64,000 nt of DNA. It comes from Torpedo marmorata (Eukaryota). A program made the translations under genes and the position numbers. Below are positions 44,941 to 58,400 of the stretch, in pieces. Within the stretch, counting starts at the first letter, position 1, and each line of letters begins with the position of its first letter. The DNA is taken from NCBI GenBank assembly GCA_977017645.1, contig OZ360232.1, positions 31,496,001 through 31,560,000 of the forward strand, in the 5' to 3' direction. The notes beneath the pieces were generated by a model, which was not told the origin of the DNA, ran no database searches, and saw only the letters and a list, made by a program, of their open reading frames with translations.

Positions 44941-45456
44941 GAGGGCAGCAGTGGTGCAGTGGGTAGAGCCAGTGCCTCATTGGCACCAGGGACCTGGGTT
45001 CGATCCCCACCTCTGGCACTGACTGTGTGGAGTTTGCACGTTCTCCCCATGACTGAGTTAGGTCTCCTGGGGTGCTGTGGTTCCCTCCCACATCCCAATG
45101 ACCTGTAACCTGCCCATAGTAAAACACGAAAGTCTGCAGACACCGTGGTTGAAATAAAAACACAATGCTGGAGAAACTTAGCAGGTCAAACAGTATACTT
45201 TATATAGCAAAGATAAAGATACATAACCAAAGTTTCGGGTTTGAACCCTTCATCAAGGTATGAAAAAAATGTTCAGAGGTTCGGGTGCCTGCTCATACCT
45301 TGATGAAGGGTTCAAGCCCGAAACGTTGGTTATGTCTCTTTATCTCTGCTGTATAAAGTACACTGTTTGACCTGCTGAGTTTCTCCAGCATTGTGTTTTA
45401 ACTTCAACCTGCCCGTAATGTGTGGGCGAGGGGTAGAATCCTGGGGGAGTTGATGA
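44941..45456 (+). mobile_element. tRNA-derived SINE (HE1/V-SINE-like), interrupted by a Penelope palindrome and by the Gmr1-type element; remainder at about 50615-50680
   Basis: A-box-like gtggtgcagtggg and B-box gggttcgatccc, followed by tgtgtggagtttgcacgttctccc (typical fish SINE body). Confidence 0.75.
45121..45405. mobile_element. Inverted pair of Penelope-like termini (palindrome) with hammerhead-like motifs
   Basis: Arms at about 45147-45263 and 45293-45409 are reverse complements. Flanking duplication aacctgcccRtaRt at 45107-45120 and 45406-45419. Confidence 0.88.
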
Positions 45457-45600
45457 TGTTACAAATTCAAACCAGCAACGACAGAAGACGCAATGCAAAA
45501 GGGGTAAAATTGAAATTTATATTTATTAAAGACAATTAAACATATAATTTCACAATAATTAACCCCACTATAAACATCTATAAACACTATTCTTATCTAA

Positions 45601-45634
<34 letters not shown>

Positions 45635-48600
45635 GCCCAGACCATTACAATCTGTGCCCAACCCTCATGTAAAAATGGAAACCTTCCCCAAAACCCCCAG
45701 GTCAGTCATAAAAATAAGTTAGTCCCAAAAAATACAGTCCACAAAAATTCACTCTCTATGTTCAGGGTCCAAATTCAGCTCTGTGTGCTGGCAAGAAGGA
45801 CTTCTTAATGAACGTTGGAGAGAGAGACAATGACTGTTTAAGCTTACGAATGCTTGGCCTGCTTTTCTTCTCTGATGACTTTCCCTTTTGGTAGATTCAC
45901 GAGGATTGCGACTCCAAATCAGTATACCACTGATTGAGGCGTGTACATGGATCTCACAGCCGGTCTCACTGATCTCACACCTGTTCTCCACGAAAGTTGA
46001 TTTAAATCAGGATTTTGCTGATACAGGAGGCCAAGTGCTGTTCTCCCAGCCTTTTTCCCTGGGATGCACAAGCCTGGATTTTGCTGTGTTCTCCAGCCTT
46101 TGCAACTCCAAACTGAATGCTTTTTGCAGAGTTTTGCACCTGCTTTTGCAAAAGTGCAACAAAGTATATCTCCACAGTCTGTCTCTCTCTGTGTCTCTCT
46201 CTCTGTGAGTACAAGAAGTCCTGGGCAAGTTAACTCTTTCAGTACCAGGTCCAAGTGTGTACTCCAAAAGACTTCATCCTTTCTGCTGACCGTCCGCAGT
46301 CCAAATGGTCAGACATGGTCCATAACACCTCCCACCCACAAAGAAAATTTTGGTCTGCAAGAACAAAATTTTGGAAATTAATTGAGGTGTCACAATATAC
46401 ACAAAACGCACAATGTTCATCCACAAACACAAAATATGAACTATTTTCATTTATAAAGTTTAGCATCTAGAAAGACAATCAGCGATTACATTATCTTTCC
46501 CTTTTATATGTGTTATTATTAAATCATATTCTTGCAAAATTATACTCCAATTCAACAACCGTTGATTCTTATTTTTCATTTTACAAAGAAAAACCAATGG
46601 ATTATGGTCAGTATACACTATGAGTGGTTTTTGAGCTGTACAGATATACACATCAAAGTGTTGTAGAGCCAACACAAGAGCTAACAACTCTTTTTCTATG
46701 GTTGAATAATTCCTTTGATGATCATTGAACTTCTTCGAGAAGTAGGATACCGGATGGTCAATGTCCTCTTCGTTCTTCCTCTGTAACAACACCGCACCCA
46801 CAGCTTCATCGCTGGCATCCACGGCTAAAGAAAACGGCTGTTCTAAATTAGGTGACTTAAGCACAGGTTGGTGGCATAACATGACTTTCAATTAGATAAA
46901 AATGCTTCCTGACAACCTGTCAACCATACAAATTTTTCTCCCTTTCGAAGCAAATTTGTGAGAGGGAGCGCAAGATCTGCAAAGTTTTTACAGAACTTGC
47001 GGTAGTAGCCAATCATTCCCAGGAACCTCCTCAGAGTTTTCTTACCAGTTGGAACAGGGAACTCGGAAATAGTCACAACCTTTGCCTCTACTGGCGCCAA
47101 CTTCCCCTGTCCTACTACATAACCCAGAGAATTAACAGTCCCATGACCCTCTCTGAAACTGGCTTTATCTGTCTCCTCCTTACCCCGGTCAATAACCAGC
47201 ACCTCTGGTAAATGTTCAGTCTCTTTGTGTGGCACCTGTTCAAAATATGGCTTAATCATATTCACATGACAGACCTATGTGTCTCGTCTGCGATTAGGTG
47301 TTTCTATGACATAGGTGACCTCATTAATTTTTGCCTTAACTCTATAGGGTCCTGAAAATCTAGCCCTAAGAGGATTTGAATGGATGGGAAACAGAACTAA
47401 TACGTTTTCACCAGGTTTAAAAGTTCTCATCTTGGCCTTTCGATCATACCAAACCTTCATTCTCTGTTGAGTGGCCTTTAAAGTCTCCTTTGCCATCTCA
47501 CAAGCCCTATGCAGTCGATCCTTAAATTTGGAAACATAATCTTAAAGGACCTCTCACCTCATGTCCGAAAACTAACTCGAAATGACTAAAACCAAGTGAT
47601 TCTTGGACAGACTCCCTCGCTGCAAATAACAACAAATGAACCCCCTCATCCCAATCCTTTTCCTTCTCTCAACAATAGGTTCTAATCATGTTTTTCAAAG
47701 TCGAATGGAACCTCTCCAAGGCCCCTTGACTTTCTAGATGGTACGCAGAGGATACAATCTGTTTAACTCCCAGTCTATCAACCACTTGTTGGAAAACGCC
47801 TGATATGAAATTACTACCCTGATCTGATTGAATTTCCCTTGGCAAACCTACCAAGGTGAAAAACTTTACCATAGCCTTTACAATTGCTTTTGCTTTAATG
47901 TTTCTCAGAGGAATGGTCTCTGGAAATGTGGTGGCTGCACACATAATTGTTAACAAATACTCATTCCCCGCTTTGGTTTTGGGCAATGGGCCAACACAGT
48001 CCACAATCACTCTCGAGAAAGGCTCACTGAAAGCAGGGATAGGTTGCAAGGGTGCCACCGGGGGACCCTGATTAGGTTTACCCACCACCTGACAAGTGTG
48101 ACAGGCCCGGCAAAAGCTTACAACCTCCCTTCTCAAACTGGGCCAATAAAATTGTTTCATTATCTTCAGTATCGTTTTCTTCACCCCAAGGTGACCACCT
48201 AAGGGTGTGCTATGAGCCAAAGTTATTATTTCGTCCCTATATACTTCAGGGATCACTGCCTGCTGCACTACTGCCCATTCTTCACATGGTCTCCACTTTC
48301 TCATCAACACCCCATCTTTTTTCATAATAACCCACTGGCACCTTCTTAATCTCCTCTTCAGAGAGAACCTTATCCCTCACCTCAGCAAGATCAGGATCCT
48401 CCTTTTGCCTTGCCATTAGCTCCTGTCGGGGTAGTGACAAATCTGTACCTTTAGGTGTCTTATCAGTGGATGGGTGTAACACAGGAGATTGATCAACCTT
48501 TTCCAGGTTTTTTTGATTATCACTGACTTTTTCTTTCACCAATTTATTTTCCACTGCCTTCTCAACAGTGACATTTTCCTTAGACATTGCCCTGGTTATG

Positions 48601-49843
48601 GCACATGCCGGATAAATATCAGAGTCTTTCTCTGACTTATCAATGACTTGCTTAGTGGTCATTCGCACTGCAGGAACTACTTTACCCTCAGCCAAGTCAT
48701 TGCCTAGCAACAGTGAGACTCCTTCTACTGGCAACTCTGATCTCACTTCTATTATAACAGGTTCTTCCACCAAGTCTGAGTCCAACAATATTTTGTGCAA
48801 AGGAATGGACTCAACATCACCCCCAATTCCTTTAATCAAATTCATTTCACCGGTGTCAGTGGCTTCACAAAATTCCAATACACTATCTAACACAAGTGAC
48901 TGAGCAGCTCCAGTATCTCGCAAGATTTTCACTGGAACTTGCTTTGCTCCTGCCTTAACTGAAACAAAACCATCAGTCACAAAAGGTTTAAATACATCCC
49001 TAACTTTGTCAGTAAATTTGTCTCCTTCCTGGGAGTTATGCCTCTTCTCACTCTGAATACAAGCATTAGGTGTTGCATCCTTTTCTCTCTTCATTTTCAA
49101 CACTGGACAGCTCTCAACAGGATGACGAATTTGATCTTGGTGCTCTTCTTGTCTCCTCTCATTTTCCAACTTAATCTTTTCCAGCTCATATTGCCTAATT
49201 CTCTACTCGTTTTCTAATCTATTTTGTTCCAATTCCGTGTCTAATTTCTTTTGTTCCCTGGCTACCTCCAAGTCTAACCTCTTTTGTTCCAATTCCCTGT
49301 CTAACTTCTTTTGTTCCAATTCCAATTTCTTTAGTTCCAAATGTATGTTTTCAGAAGGTTTACCCTTGGGAAACTGCTCTAACACGCTCTCCTCAAACTT
49401 GTTTTCTTTTATATAGTATTTGACAATTTTTCTCCCAATCTCTGCCTTTTTCATTGATGGTTTTACAGAAGCAATGCCCAACTCTGTTGCTATAGCCACT
49501 AACTGTTCCTTTTTAGCCTTTTTTAAAGTATCAGGTTCAGGTGATGCCATAAATTTTTCTACATCCATTGTTGCTGGTTTTTTGTTACACACACACTAGC
49601 TTTTAATTATCTTTACAAAAGGAATGTCTTAAACCAGACTGGGATTCCTTCATTTACCAAGATGGATCTTGATTCAAATACTAGGACGAGCCCCCAATTT
49701 GTTACAAATTCAAACCAGCAACGACAGAAGACGCAATGCAAAAGGGGTAAAATTGAAATTTATATTTATTAAAGACAATTAAACATATAATTTCACAACA
49801 ATTAACCCCACTATAAACGTCTATAAACACTATTCTTATCTAA

Positions 49844-49911
<68 letters not shown>

Positions 49912-50614
49912 TTTGTAAAACCCAGACTATTACAGTCTGTGCCCAACCCTCATGTAAAAATGGAAAACCTTCCACAAAACCCCCAGGTCAGTCATAAAAA
50001 TAAGTCAGTCCCAAAAAATACAGTCCACAAAAATTCACTCTCTATGTTCAGGGTCCAAATTCAGCTCTGTGTGCTGGCAAGAAGGACGACTTAATGAACG
50101 TTGGAGAGAGAGACAATGACTGTTTAAGCTTACAAATGCTTGGCCTGCTTTTCTTGTCTGATGACTTTCCCTTTTGGTAGATTCACAAGGATTGCGACTC
50201 CAAATCAGTATACCACTGATTGAGGCGTGTACTTGGATCTCACAGCTGGTCTCGCTGATCTCACGCCTGTTCTCCACGAAAGTTGATTTAAATCAGGATT
50301 TTGCTGATACAGGAGGCCATGTGCTATTCTCCCAGCCTTTTCCCCTGGGATGCACAAGCCTGGATTTTGCTGTGTTCTCCAGCCTTTGCAACTCCAAACT
50401 GAATGCATTTTGCAGAGGTTTGCACCTGCTTTTGCAAAAGTGCAAGAAAGTATCTCTCCACAGTCTGTCTCTCTCTGGTGTCTCTCTCTCTGTGAGTACA
50501 AGAAGTCCTGGGCAAGTTAACTCTTTCAGTACCAGGTCCCAGTGTGTACTCCAAAAGACTTCATCCTTCCTGCTGACCGTCCACAGTCCAAATGGTCAGT
50601 CATGGTCCATAACA
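45457..50614 (-). mobile_element. Gmr1-type Gypsy element copy 1 (defective: RT core and central Gag deleted)
   Basis: LTRs at 45457-46327 and 49700-50614, PBS tgggggctcgtcc (tRNA-Pro 3' end) at 49684-49696 and imperfect 4-bp TSD ATGA/ATGG. Order: Gag, PR (LRDTGA), IN (HxxxxxGH..CHTC, VDCVGP, SDQG), RT end, RNase H (VDASD). Confidence 0.93.
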
Positions 50615-51279
50615 ATGGGAATACAATGGAACGAGTGTAAATGGGTGGTGGGTGGGAAACAGGCCTGCTTCTGTGCTATACATCTCAAGAATTGTCTGAC
50701 GACTTATGCTGAAGGGAACCGTGGGCTCCCAATCTTCACCGTCGCATGAGTGACTTATCTGGATGTGTTGGATCAAAGTGAGATGGGAAAGCACCGTGTG
50801 TGGGGTTTGCAACCAGCCAGCAGAGGGATTATGGGCAGGTTAACCAAGGGGACAACAGTTTAACAGATAGAACAGCATGTCCAGCCATGTGAGATTGACC
50901 AGTCAGTGGCAAGATTGGAAGAGTTTAAATCCGGCTCAGCTGAGAGATTTGATGCTTGGGGCTGCACTCCTTGGGGTTTATACAAGTGAAGAATGATCTT
51001 AATGAAACACCTGAAATTTTCAGGGCATTGGAGTAGATTTCCCTGGTAGGGGTAACTAGAACTGGGGCAATAGTTTCAGAATAAGGGTCACCCAATTCCG
51101 AAGGAGATGAGGAGGAATTTCTTGGAGGATAACAAATCCTTGGAACTCTCTTTCCCTGACAGTGATGGAGGAAGAGTCGAGTAGCATATTTGATCTTAGA
51201 GGGGGTGAAGAGTGTGAGGAACATCAGGAACACGAAGCGAGCCTAAGGTCAGAGCAGTCATCACGAGTGGTGGTTAATA

Positions 51280-52235
51280 CTCAACTGTGCTGGAGAAACC
51301 TAGCAGGTCGCGCAGAGTCCCTGGGAGGCAAAAATAATAGCGGGGAATTGAAATGGATTGCCACTGGGAGATCCCCGCTATTACAGCAGACAGAACGAAG
51401 GTGCTCAACTAAGTGATCTCCCAGCCTGCGTCAAATCTCTCCGATGTAAAGAAGACCACAACGGGAGCACCGGGCGCAGTAGATGACCCCTGCAAATTCA
51501 CAAGTGAAATGTTGCTTCACTTGGAAGGGCTATTTGGGTCCCCCAATGGTGGTGAGGGAGGAGGTGTGGGCGCAAGTGGAGCATCTCCTGCGGTCACAGG
51601 GGTTGGTGCCAAGGGGGCGATTGTTGGGGAGGGAGGAGTGGACGAGGGAGTCACGGAGGGAGCGGTCCCTGTGGAAGGCGGAGAGGGGAATATGTGTCTA
51701 GTGGTAGGATCACACAGTAGGTGGCGAAAATTGCGGAGGATGATATGTTGGATGCGGAGGCTGGTGGGGTGGTAGGTGAGGACAAGAAGAACCCTATCCT
51801 TGTTGCACATAGGGGCGGAGGGGGCCAGGGCAGATATGCGGGAAATGGAGAAGATGTAGGTGAGGGCGAAGTTGATGGTAGTAGAGGGGAAGCCACGTTT
51901 TTTGAAGAAGGAGGAGGACATCTCAGATGATCTGGCATGGAAGACCTCGTCCTGGGAGCAGATGCGATGGAGACTGAGGAATTGAGAGAAGGAAATGGAA
52001 TCCTTACAGGAGACAGGGTGTGAAGTGGTGCAGTCGAGGTAACTGAGGGAGTTGGTGGGTTTGTAGAAGATGTCTATCGAGAGTTTGTCTCCCGAGATGG
52101 AGACAGAGAGATCTAAGAAAGGGGAGAGTGTTGCCAGAGATGGACCAAGTGAATTTGAGGTCAGGGTGGAAGTTGGCAGCAAAGTGGATAAAGTCAACGA
52201 GCTCATGGGTGCAGGAGGCAGCATCAAAGTAAACA
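51280..52235 (-). mobile_element. Penelope-like element fragment (RT C-part to GIY-YIG)
   Basis: PFLDLSVSISGDKLSIDIFYKPTNS..YLD..TSHPVSCKDSISFSQFL...LVLTYHPTSLRIQHII. Confidence 0.88.
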
Positions 52236-52879
52236 TTTGTAACTAGCACTGATTTTATTCAATCCTCCCTCCCTTTTGACCCAGGAACTATTTTCTCTTC
52301 TTTGTTCAACACAGTACAGGCCCTTGGGCCCACGATGTTGTGCCGACCTATGTAAACCTTCTCCACAACAATCTAACCCTTCCCTCCCTCACACCCAGAA
52401 CCCCCTATTTTTCTTACATCCATGTTCCTGTCTAAGCATCTTTCAAATGTCCCGATTGTACCAGCCTCCACCATTATTAGGATGTTTTTAGTACCTCTAG
52501 CAACAAGACACGTGAAATATTTGCCTGTCTCTGCTTCCCATCACTAATTCCCCAGCCCCGTCCTCCAAGGGACCAGTGTTTAGCTCCGATTCTCCCTCCC
52601 TTCTCATCAGCTGAACATCTTATTTGCTTCCAGACTTCCAGCCGGCTTCATCTCATCCCCCGTTTTCCCACTCATTACATTTCGTCATCCTCCACTAATT
52701 TCCAAACCAACCTGCAAATGATCTCCACACTGGCTGCCTTTACCTTCAGTTTAATGCCAGGTTGAACTTCCTTCGTTAGCCGCAGATGGTGCTTCCGTCT
52801 CAGAGATTCCAGTTCTCAAATCCACCTTCGTTAAGAATGAACCAATGTCCCCGCTACTCACCGACCGCATTGGTCTCCC

Positions 52880-53790
52880 ATGACCACTGACCATCAGTGG
52901 GTGGTCTGCCCTGGCCCACTGACCATCACAGGGTGGTCTGCCCTGGATCACTGACCATCATGAGGTGGTCTGCCCTGGACCACTGACCATCATGAGGTGG
53001 TCTATCCTGGACCATTGACCATCACGGGGTGGTCTATCCTAGACCACCGACCATCACGGGGGTGGTCTGTCCTGGACCACTGATCATCAGGGAATGGTCT
53101 GTCCTGGACCACTGACCATCAGGGGGTGGTCTGTCCTGGACCACTGACCATCAGGGGGTGGTCTGTCCTGGACCACCGACCATCACGGGGTGGTCTGTCC
53201 TGGACCACTGATCATCAGGGGGTGGTCTGTCCTGGACCACTGACCATCAGGGGGTGGTCTGTCCTGGACCACTGATCATCAGGGGGTGGTCTGTCCTGGA
53301 CCACTGACCATCAGTGGGTGGTCTGTCCTGGACCACTGACCATCAGGGGGTGGTCTGTCCTGGACCACCGACCATCAGGGGGTGGTCTGTCCTGGACCAC
53401 TGACCATCAGGGGTGGTCTGTCCTGGACCACTGACCATCAGGGGTGGTCTGTCCTGGACCACTGACCATCAGGGGGTGGTCTGTCCTGGACCACTGACCA
53501 TCAGGGGTGGTCTGTCCTGGACCACTGACCATCAGGGGGTGGTCTGTCCTGGACCACTGACCATCAGGGACTGGTCTGCCCTGGAACACTGACCACCAGG
53601 GGTTGGTCTTCCCTGGACCACTGACCATCAGGGGTGGTCTGTCCTGGACCACTGACCATCACGGGGTGGTCTATCCTGGACCACCGACCATCAGGGGGTG
53701 GTCTGTCCTGGAACACTGACCACCAGGGGTTGGTCTGCCCTGGACCACTGACCATCAGGGGTGGTCTGTCCTGGACCACAGACCACCAGC
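52880..53790. repeat. 31-32-bp minisatellite with internal inverted repeat (ggaccactgaccatcagggggtggtctgtcct), about 28 copies
   Basis: Direct observation. GACCAC...GTGGTC is present in each unit. Confidence 0.95.
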
Positions 53791-54439
53791 GACTGATCTC
53801 TCTGACTTTGTCCCTCCAGCAGGACATGGCTGGGATCAGTAGGTCCTCACACAGCCCAGCCAGTCAGCTGGGAGTGATCCAGCAATGCAGCCGGAATACT
53901 TCAGTGCAGGGATGGAGCCAAACCTCCCTTCATTCAAGGAGAAGCCTCTGAATGTGCGTCACACCGGAGGATGTGAGTCATGGACGCCAGCAGTAACCTG
54001 GCAGAAATCAGCACCAAGCTGAGCGCCAGTCACCAGAGCAGAGGGATCATCATTATCCCCTCATGTATTCATTGTGGTTAATGTGAAGGGTGAGGCCATT
54101 CAGCCCAATTTGCATGTGGCTCAGGTAGTAATCCTGAGATTGTTACCCTTGGTTCTGCTTTTTAATGTTGTCCCCAGCTGCTCAAACTCCCTCAGCAGCA
54201 CCTCTTTCCTCTTTGTATCCATGTCATTATGACCCACGTGGTCCAGGACAACTGTGCCTTTCCCCTCCCGCTCCACATTCCTCCACATGTCAGATGAGAC
54301 GTCCCGAACACGGGCAACTGGCAGGCACCCCCACCTTCAGGGTCTCAATCCTCACTCCAGAGACGATGCCTATTCCCTGGACCACACACTCCCTGATCAC
54401 CACGACATTTCTCTTCTCTCCCACTCTGAATGGCTCCCT

Positions 54440-54732
54440 GAACCATGCAATAACCTGACACAGGGCACCAACGCATCACCTAACACAGGGCACCAATGCA
54501 GCAGTCTGACATAGGGCACAAATGCATTGACTAACACTGGGCTCCAATGCAGTAACCTGCCGCAGGGCATCAACACATCAACTAACACATGGCACCAATG
54601 CATCAGACTAACACAGGGCACCTGCACATCAAACACAGGGCACCAATGCAGCAGCCGACACGTGTCGTCAATGCATCAGACTAACATAGGGCACTAACAC
54701 ATCAAACACAGGGCACCAACGCATCACCCAAC
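54440..54732. repeat. Degenerate acacagggcaccaatgca tandem repeat, interrupted by Gmr1-type copy 2 and resuming at 60655-60810
   Basis: The same motif occurs on both sides of the LTR element. Confidence 0.85.
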
Positions 54733-55426
54733 TGTTATGGACCATGACTGACCATTTGGACTGCAGACGGTCAGCAGGAAGGATGAAGTCTTTTGGAGTA
54801 CACACTGGGACCTGGTACTGAAAGAGTTAACTTGCCCAGGACTTCTTGTACTCACAGAGAGAGAGACACCAGAGAGAGACAGACTGTGGAGAGATACTTT
54901 CTTGCACTTTTGCAAAAGCAGGTGCAAGACTCTGCAAAATGCATTCAGTTTGGAGTTGCAAAGGCTGGAGAACACAGCAAAATCCAGGCTTGTGCATCCC
55001 AGGGGAAAAGGCTGGGAGAATAGCACATGGCCTCCTGTCTCAGCAAAATCCTGAGTTAAAACCACTTTTGTGAAGAACAGGTGTGAGATCAGCGAGACCG
55101 GCTGTAAGATCCAAGTACACGCCTCAATCAGTGGTATACTGATTTGGAGTCGCAATCCTTGTGAATCTACCAAAAGGGAAAGTCATCAGACAAGAAAAGC
55201 AGGCCAAGCATTTGTAAGCTTAAACAGTCATTGTCTCTCTCTCCAACGTTCATTAAGAAGTCCTTCTTGCCAGCACACAGAGCTGAATTTGGACCCTGAA
55301 CATAGAGAGTGAATTTTTGTGGACTGTATTTTTGGGACTGTCTTATTTTTATGACTGACCTGGGGGTTTTGTGGAAGGTTTTCCATTTTTACATGAGGGT
55401 TGGGCACAGACTGTAATGGTCTGGGC

Positions 55427-55468
<42 letters not shown>

Positions 55469-58400
55469 TTAGATAAGAATAGTATTTATAGTGGGGTTAA
55501 TTGTTGTGAAATTATATGTTTCATTATCTTTAATAAATATAAATTTCAATTTTACCCCTTTTGCATTGTCGTTGCTGGTTTGAATTTGTAACAAATTGGG
55601 AGCTCGTCGTAGGATTTGAATCAAGATCCATCTTGGTAAATGAAGGAATCCCAGTCTGGTTTAAGACATTCCTTTTGTAAAGATAATTAAAAGCTAGTGT
55701 GTGTGTAACAAAAAACCAGCAACAATGGATGTAGAAAAATTTATGGCATCACCTGAACCTGATACTTTAAAAAAGGCTAAAAAGGAACAGTTAGTGGCTA
55801 TAGCAACAGAGTTGGGCATTGCTTCTGTAAAACCATCAATGAAAAAGGCAGAGATTGGGAGAAAAATTGTCAAATACTATATAAAAGAAAACAAGTTTGA
55901 GGAGAGCGTGTTAGAGCAGTTTCCCAAGGGTAAACCTTCTGAAAACATACAGTTGGAACTAAAGAAATTGGAATTGGAACAAAAGAAATTAGACAGGGAA
56001 TTGGAACTAAAGAAATTAGACAGGCAATTGGAACAAAAGAAATTAGACAGGGAATTGGAACAAAAGAGATTAGACTTGGAGGTAGCCAGGGAAAAAAAGA
56101 AATTAGACAGAGAATTGGAAAAAAGAAAAAAGACATGGAATTGGAACAAAAGAGATTAGACTTAGAGAAAGAGGAAAACATTAGGCAATATGAGCTGGAA
56201 AAGATTAAGTTGGAAAATGAGAGGAGATAAAAAGAGCACCAAGATCAAATTCGTCATCCTGTTGAGAGGTTTTTGGCCAGTAGAGAAGTTAGGTTGGTTC
56301 CTCCATTTGAGGAGGCAGAAATAGATAAGTACTTCCAACATTTTGAAAAGGTGGCTGTGAAATTAAAACGGCCACAAGACCAATGGTCTCTTATGTTACA
56401 AAGTGTAATAAAAGTAAAAACTCAGCAAGCTTATTCTACTCTTACCACAGAGCAAGCTGCTGATTATGAAACAGTTAAAAAGGCTATACTCCAGGTTTAT
56501 GAGTTAGTTCCAGAGGCTTATAGACAGAAGTTTGGAAATTTTAAAAGATAGCAACCCAATCTTACACAGAGTTTGCCTATGAAAAGGTTGTGTGTTTTGA
56601 CCGGTGGTGCACATCCAAGGCGGTAAACAATGATTACAATCAATTGAGAGAATTGATAATAATTGAGGAGATAAAAAGGTGTGTTCCTGAGGATATTAAG
56701 GCATACTTAGATGAAAAGGAGTTAAAAACTTGGCAAAATTCAGCTAAGTTAGCAGATGAATATGCTTTAACCCACAAGCCTAAGTGGATGTCAGGCAGAA
56801 TTTTCGAAAAGGTCACTGTGGATAACCCCAAGCAAGTGGAAAGTAAATTTGGAAGTAGTGTTAAGGAAAGAGATGAAGGAAAGTGGAAAAGGGAAAACCC
56901 TTCGGGTCCCATTTGCCACTACTGTAGGAAGGCTGGTCATATGCTAGCAAGCTGTCCAGTGTTGAAAAAGAAGAGAGAAAAGGATGAAACACCTCATACT
57001 TGTATTCAGAGTGAGAAGAGGCATAACACCCAGGAAGGAAACAAATTTACTGACAAAGTTAGGGATGTATTTAAACCTTTTGTGACTGATGTTTTTGTTT
57101 CAATTAAGGCAGGATCAAAGCAAGTTCCAGTAAAAATCTTGCAAGATACTGGAGCTGCTCAGTCACTTGTGTTAGATAGTGTCTTGGAATTTTGCGAAGC
57201 TACTGACACCGGTGAAATGAATTTGATTAAAGGAATTGGGGGTGATGTTGAGTCCATTCCTTTGCACAAAATAGTGTTGAACTCAGCCTTGGTGGAAGGA
57301 CCTGTTATAATAGGAGTGAGATCAGAGTTGCCAGTAGAAGTAGTCTCACTGTTGCTAGGCAATGACTTGGCCAAGGGTAAAGTAGTTCCTGCAGTGTGAA
57401 TGACCACTAAGCCAGTCATTGAAAAGTCAGAGAAAGACTTTGATATTTATCCGGCATGTGCCATAACCAGGGCCACGTCCAAGAAAAATGCCACTGTAGA
57501 GAAGGCAGTGGAAAATAAATTGGTGAAAGAAAAAGTCAGTGATAATCAAAAACACCTGGAAAAGGTTGAGAAATCTCCTGTGTTACACCTATACACTGAT
57601 AAGACACCTAAAGGCACAGATTTTTCACTATCCCGACAGGAACTAATAGCAAGGCAAAAGGACGATCCTGATCTTGCTGAGGTGAGGAATAAGGTTCTCT
57701 CAGAAGAGGAGATTAAGAAGGTGCCAGTGGGTTATTATGAAAAAAGATGGGGTGTTGATGAGAAAATGGAGACCACGTGATGTTCCTGCCAGTGAAGAAT
57801 GGGCAGTAGTTGTGATCCCTAAAGTATATAGGGATGAAATAATAACTTTGGCTCATAGCACACCCTTAGGTGGTCACCTTGGGGTGAAGAAAACGATACT
57901 GAAGATAATGAAACAATTTTATTGGCCCTGTTTGAGAAGGGAGGTTGTAAGCTTTTGCCGGGCCTGTCACACTTGTCAGGTGGTGGGTAAACCTAATCAG
58001 GGTCCCCCGGTGGCACCCTTGCAACCTATCTCTGCTTTCAGTGAGCCTTTCTCGAGAGTGATTGTGGACTGTGTTGGCCCATTGCCCAAAACCAAAGCGG
58101 GGAATGAGTATTTGTTAACAATTATGTGTGCAGCCACCACATTTCCAGAGGCCATTCCTCTGAGAAACATTAAAGCAAAAGCAATTGTAAAGGCTATGTT
58201 AAAGTTTTTCACCTTGGTAGGTTTGCCAAGGGAAATTCAATCAGATCAGGGAGGTAATTTCATATCAGGCATTTTCCAACAAGTGGTTGATAGACTGGGA
58301 GTTAAACAGATTGTATCCTCTGCGTACCATCCAGAAAGTCAAGGGGCCTTGGAGAGGTTCCATTCGACGTTGAAAAACATGATTAGAACCTATTGTTGTG

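Noticed and set aside
44941-45015. tRNA gene
   Set aside because: A and B boxes are present, but I could not fold a convincing cloverleaf and it continues into a SINE body.
45749-46381. Short ORFs conserved four times in the window (ENRCEISETGCEI..., VDSRGLRLQISIPL...)
   Set aside because: They lie within the four copies of the Gmr1-type LTR, so the conservation reflects LTR identity rather than a gene.
52880-53790. CRISPR-like array of palindromic ~32-bp repeats
   Set aside because: The units are contiguous with no unique spacers, there are no cas genes, and the context is vertebrate.
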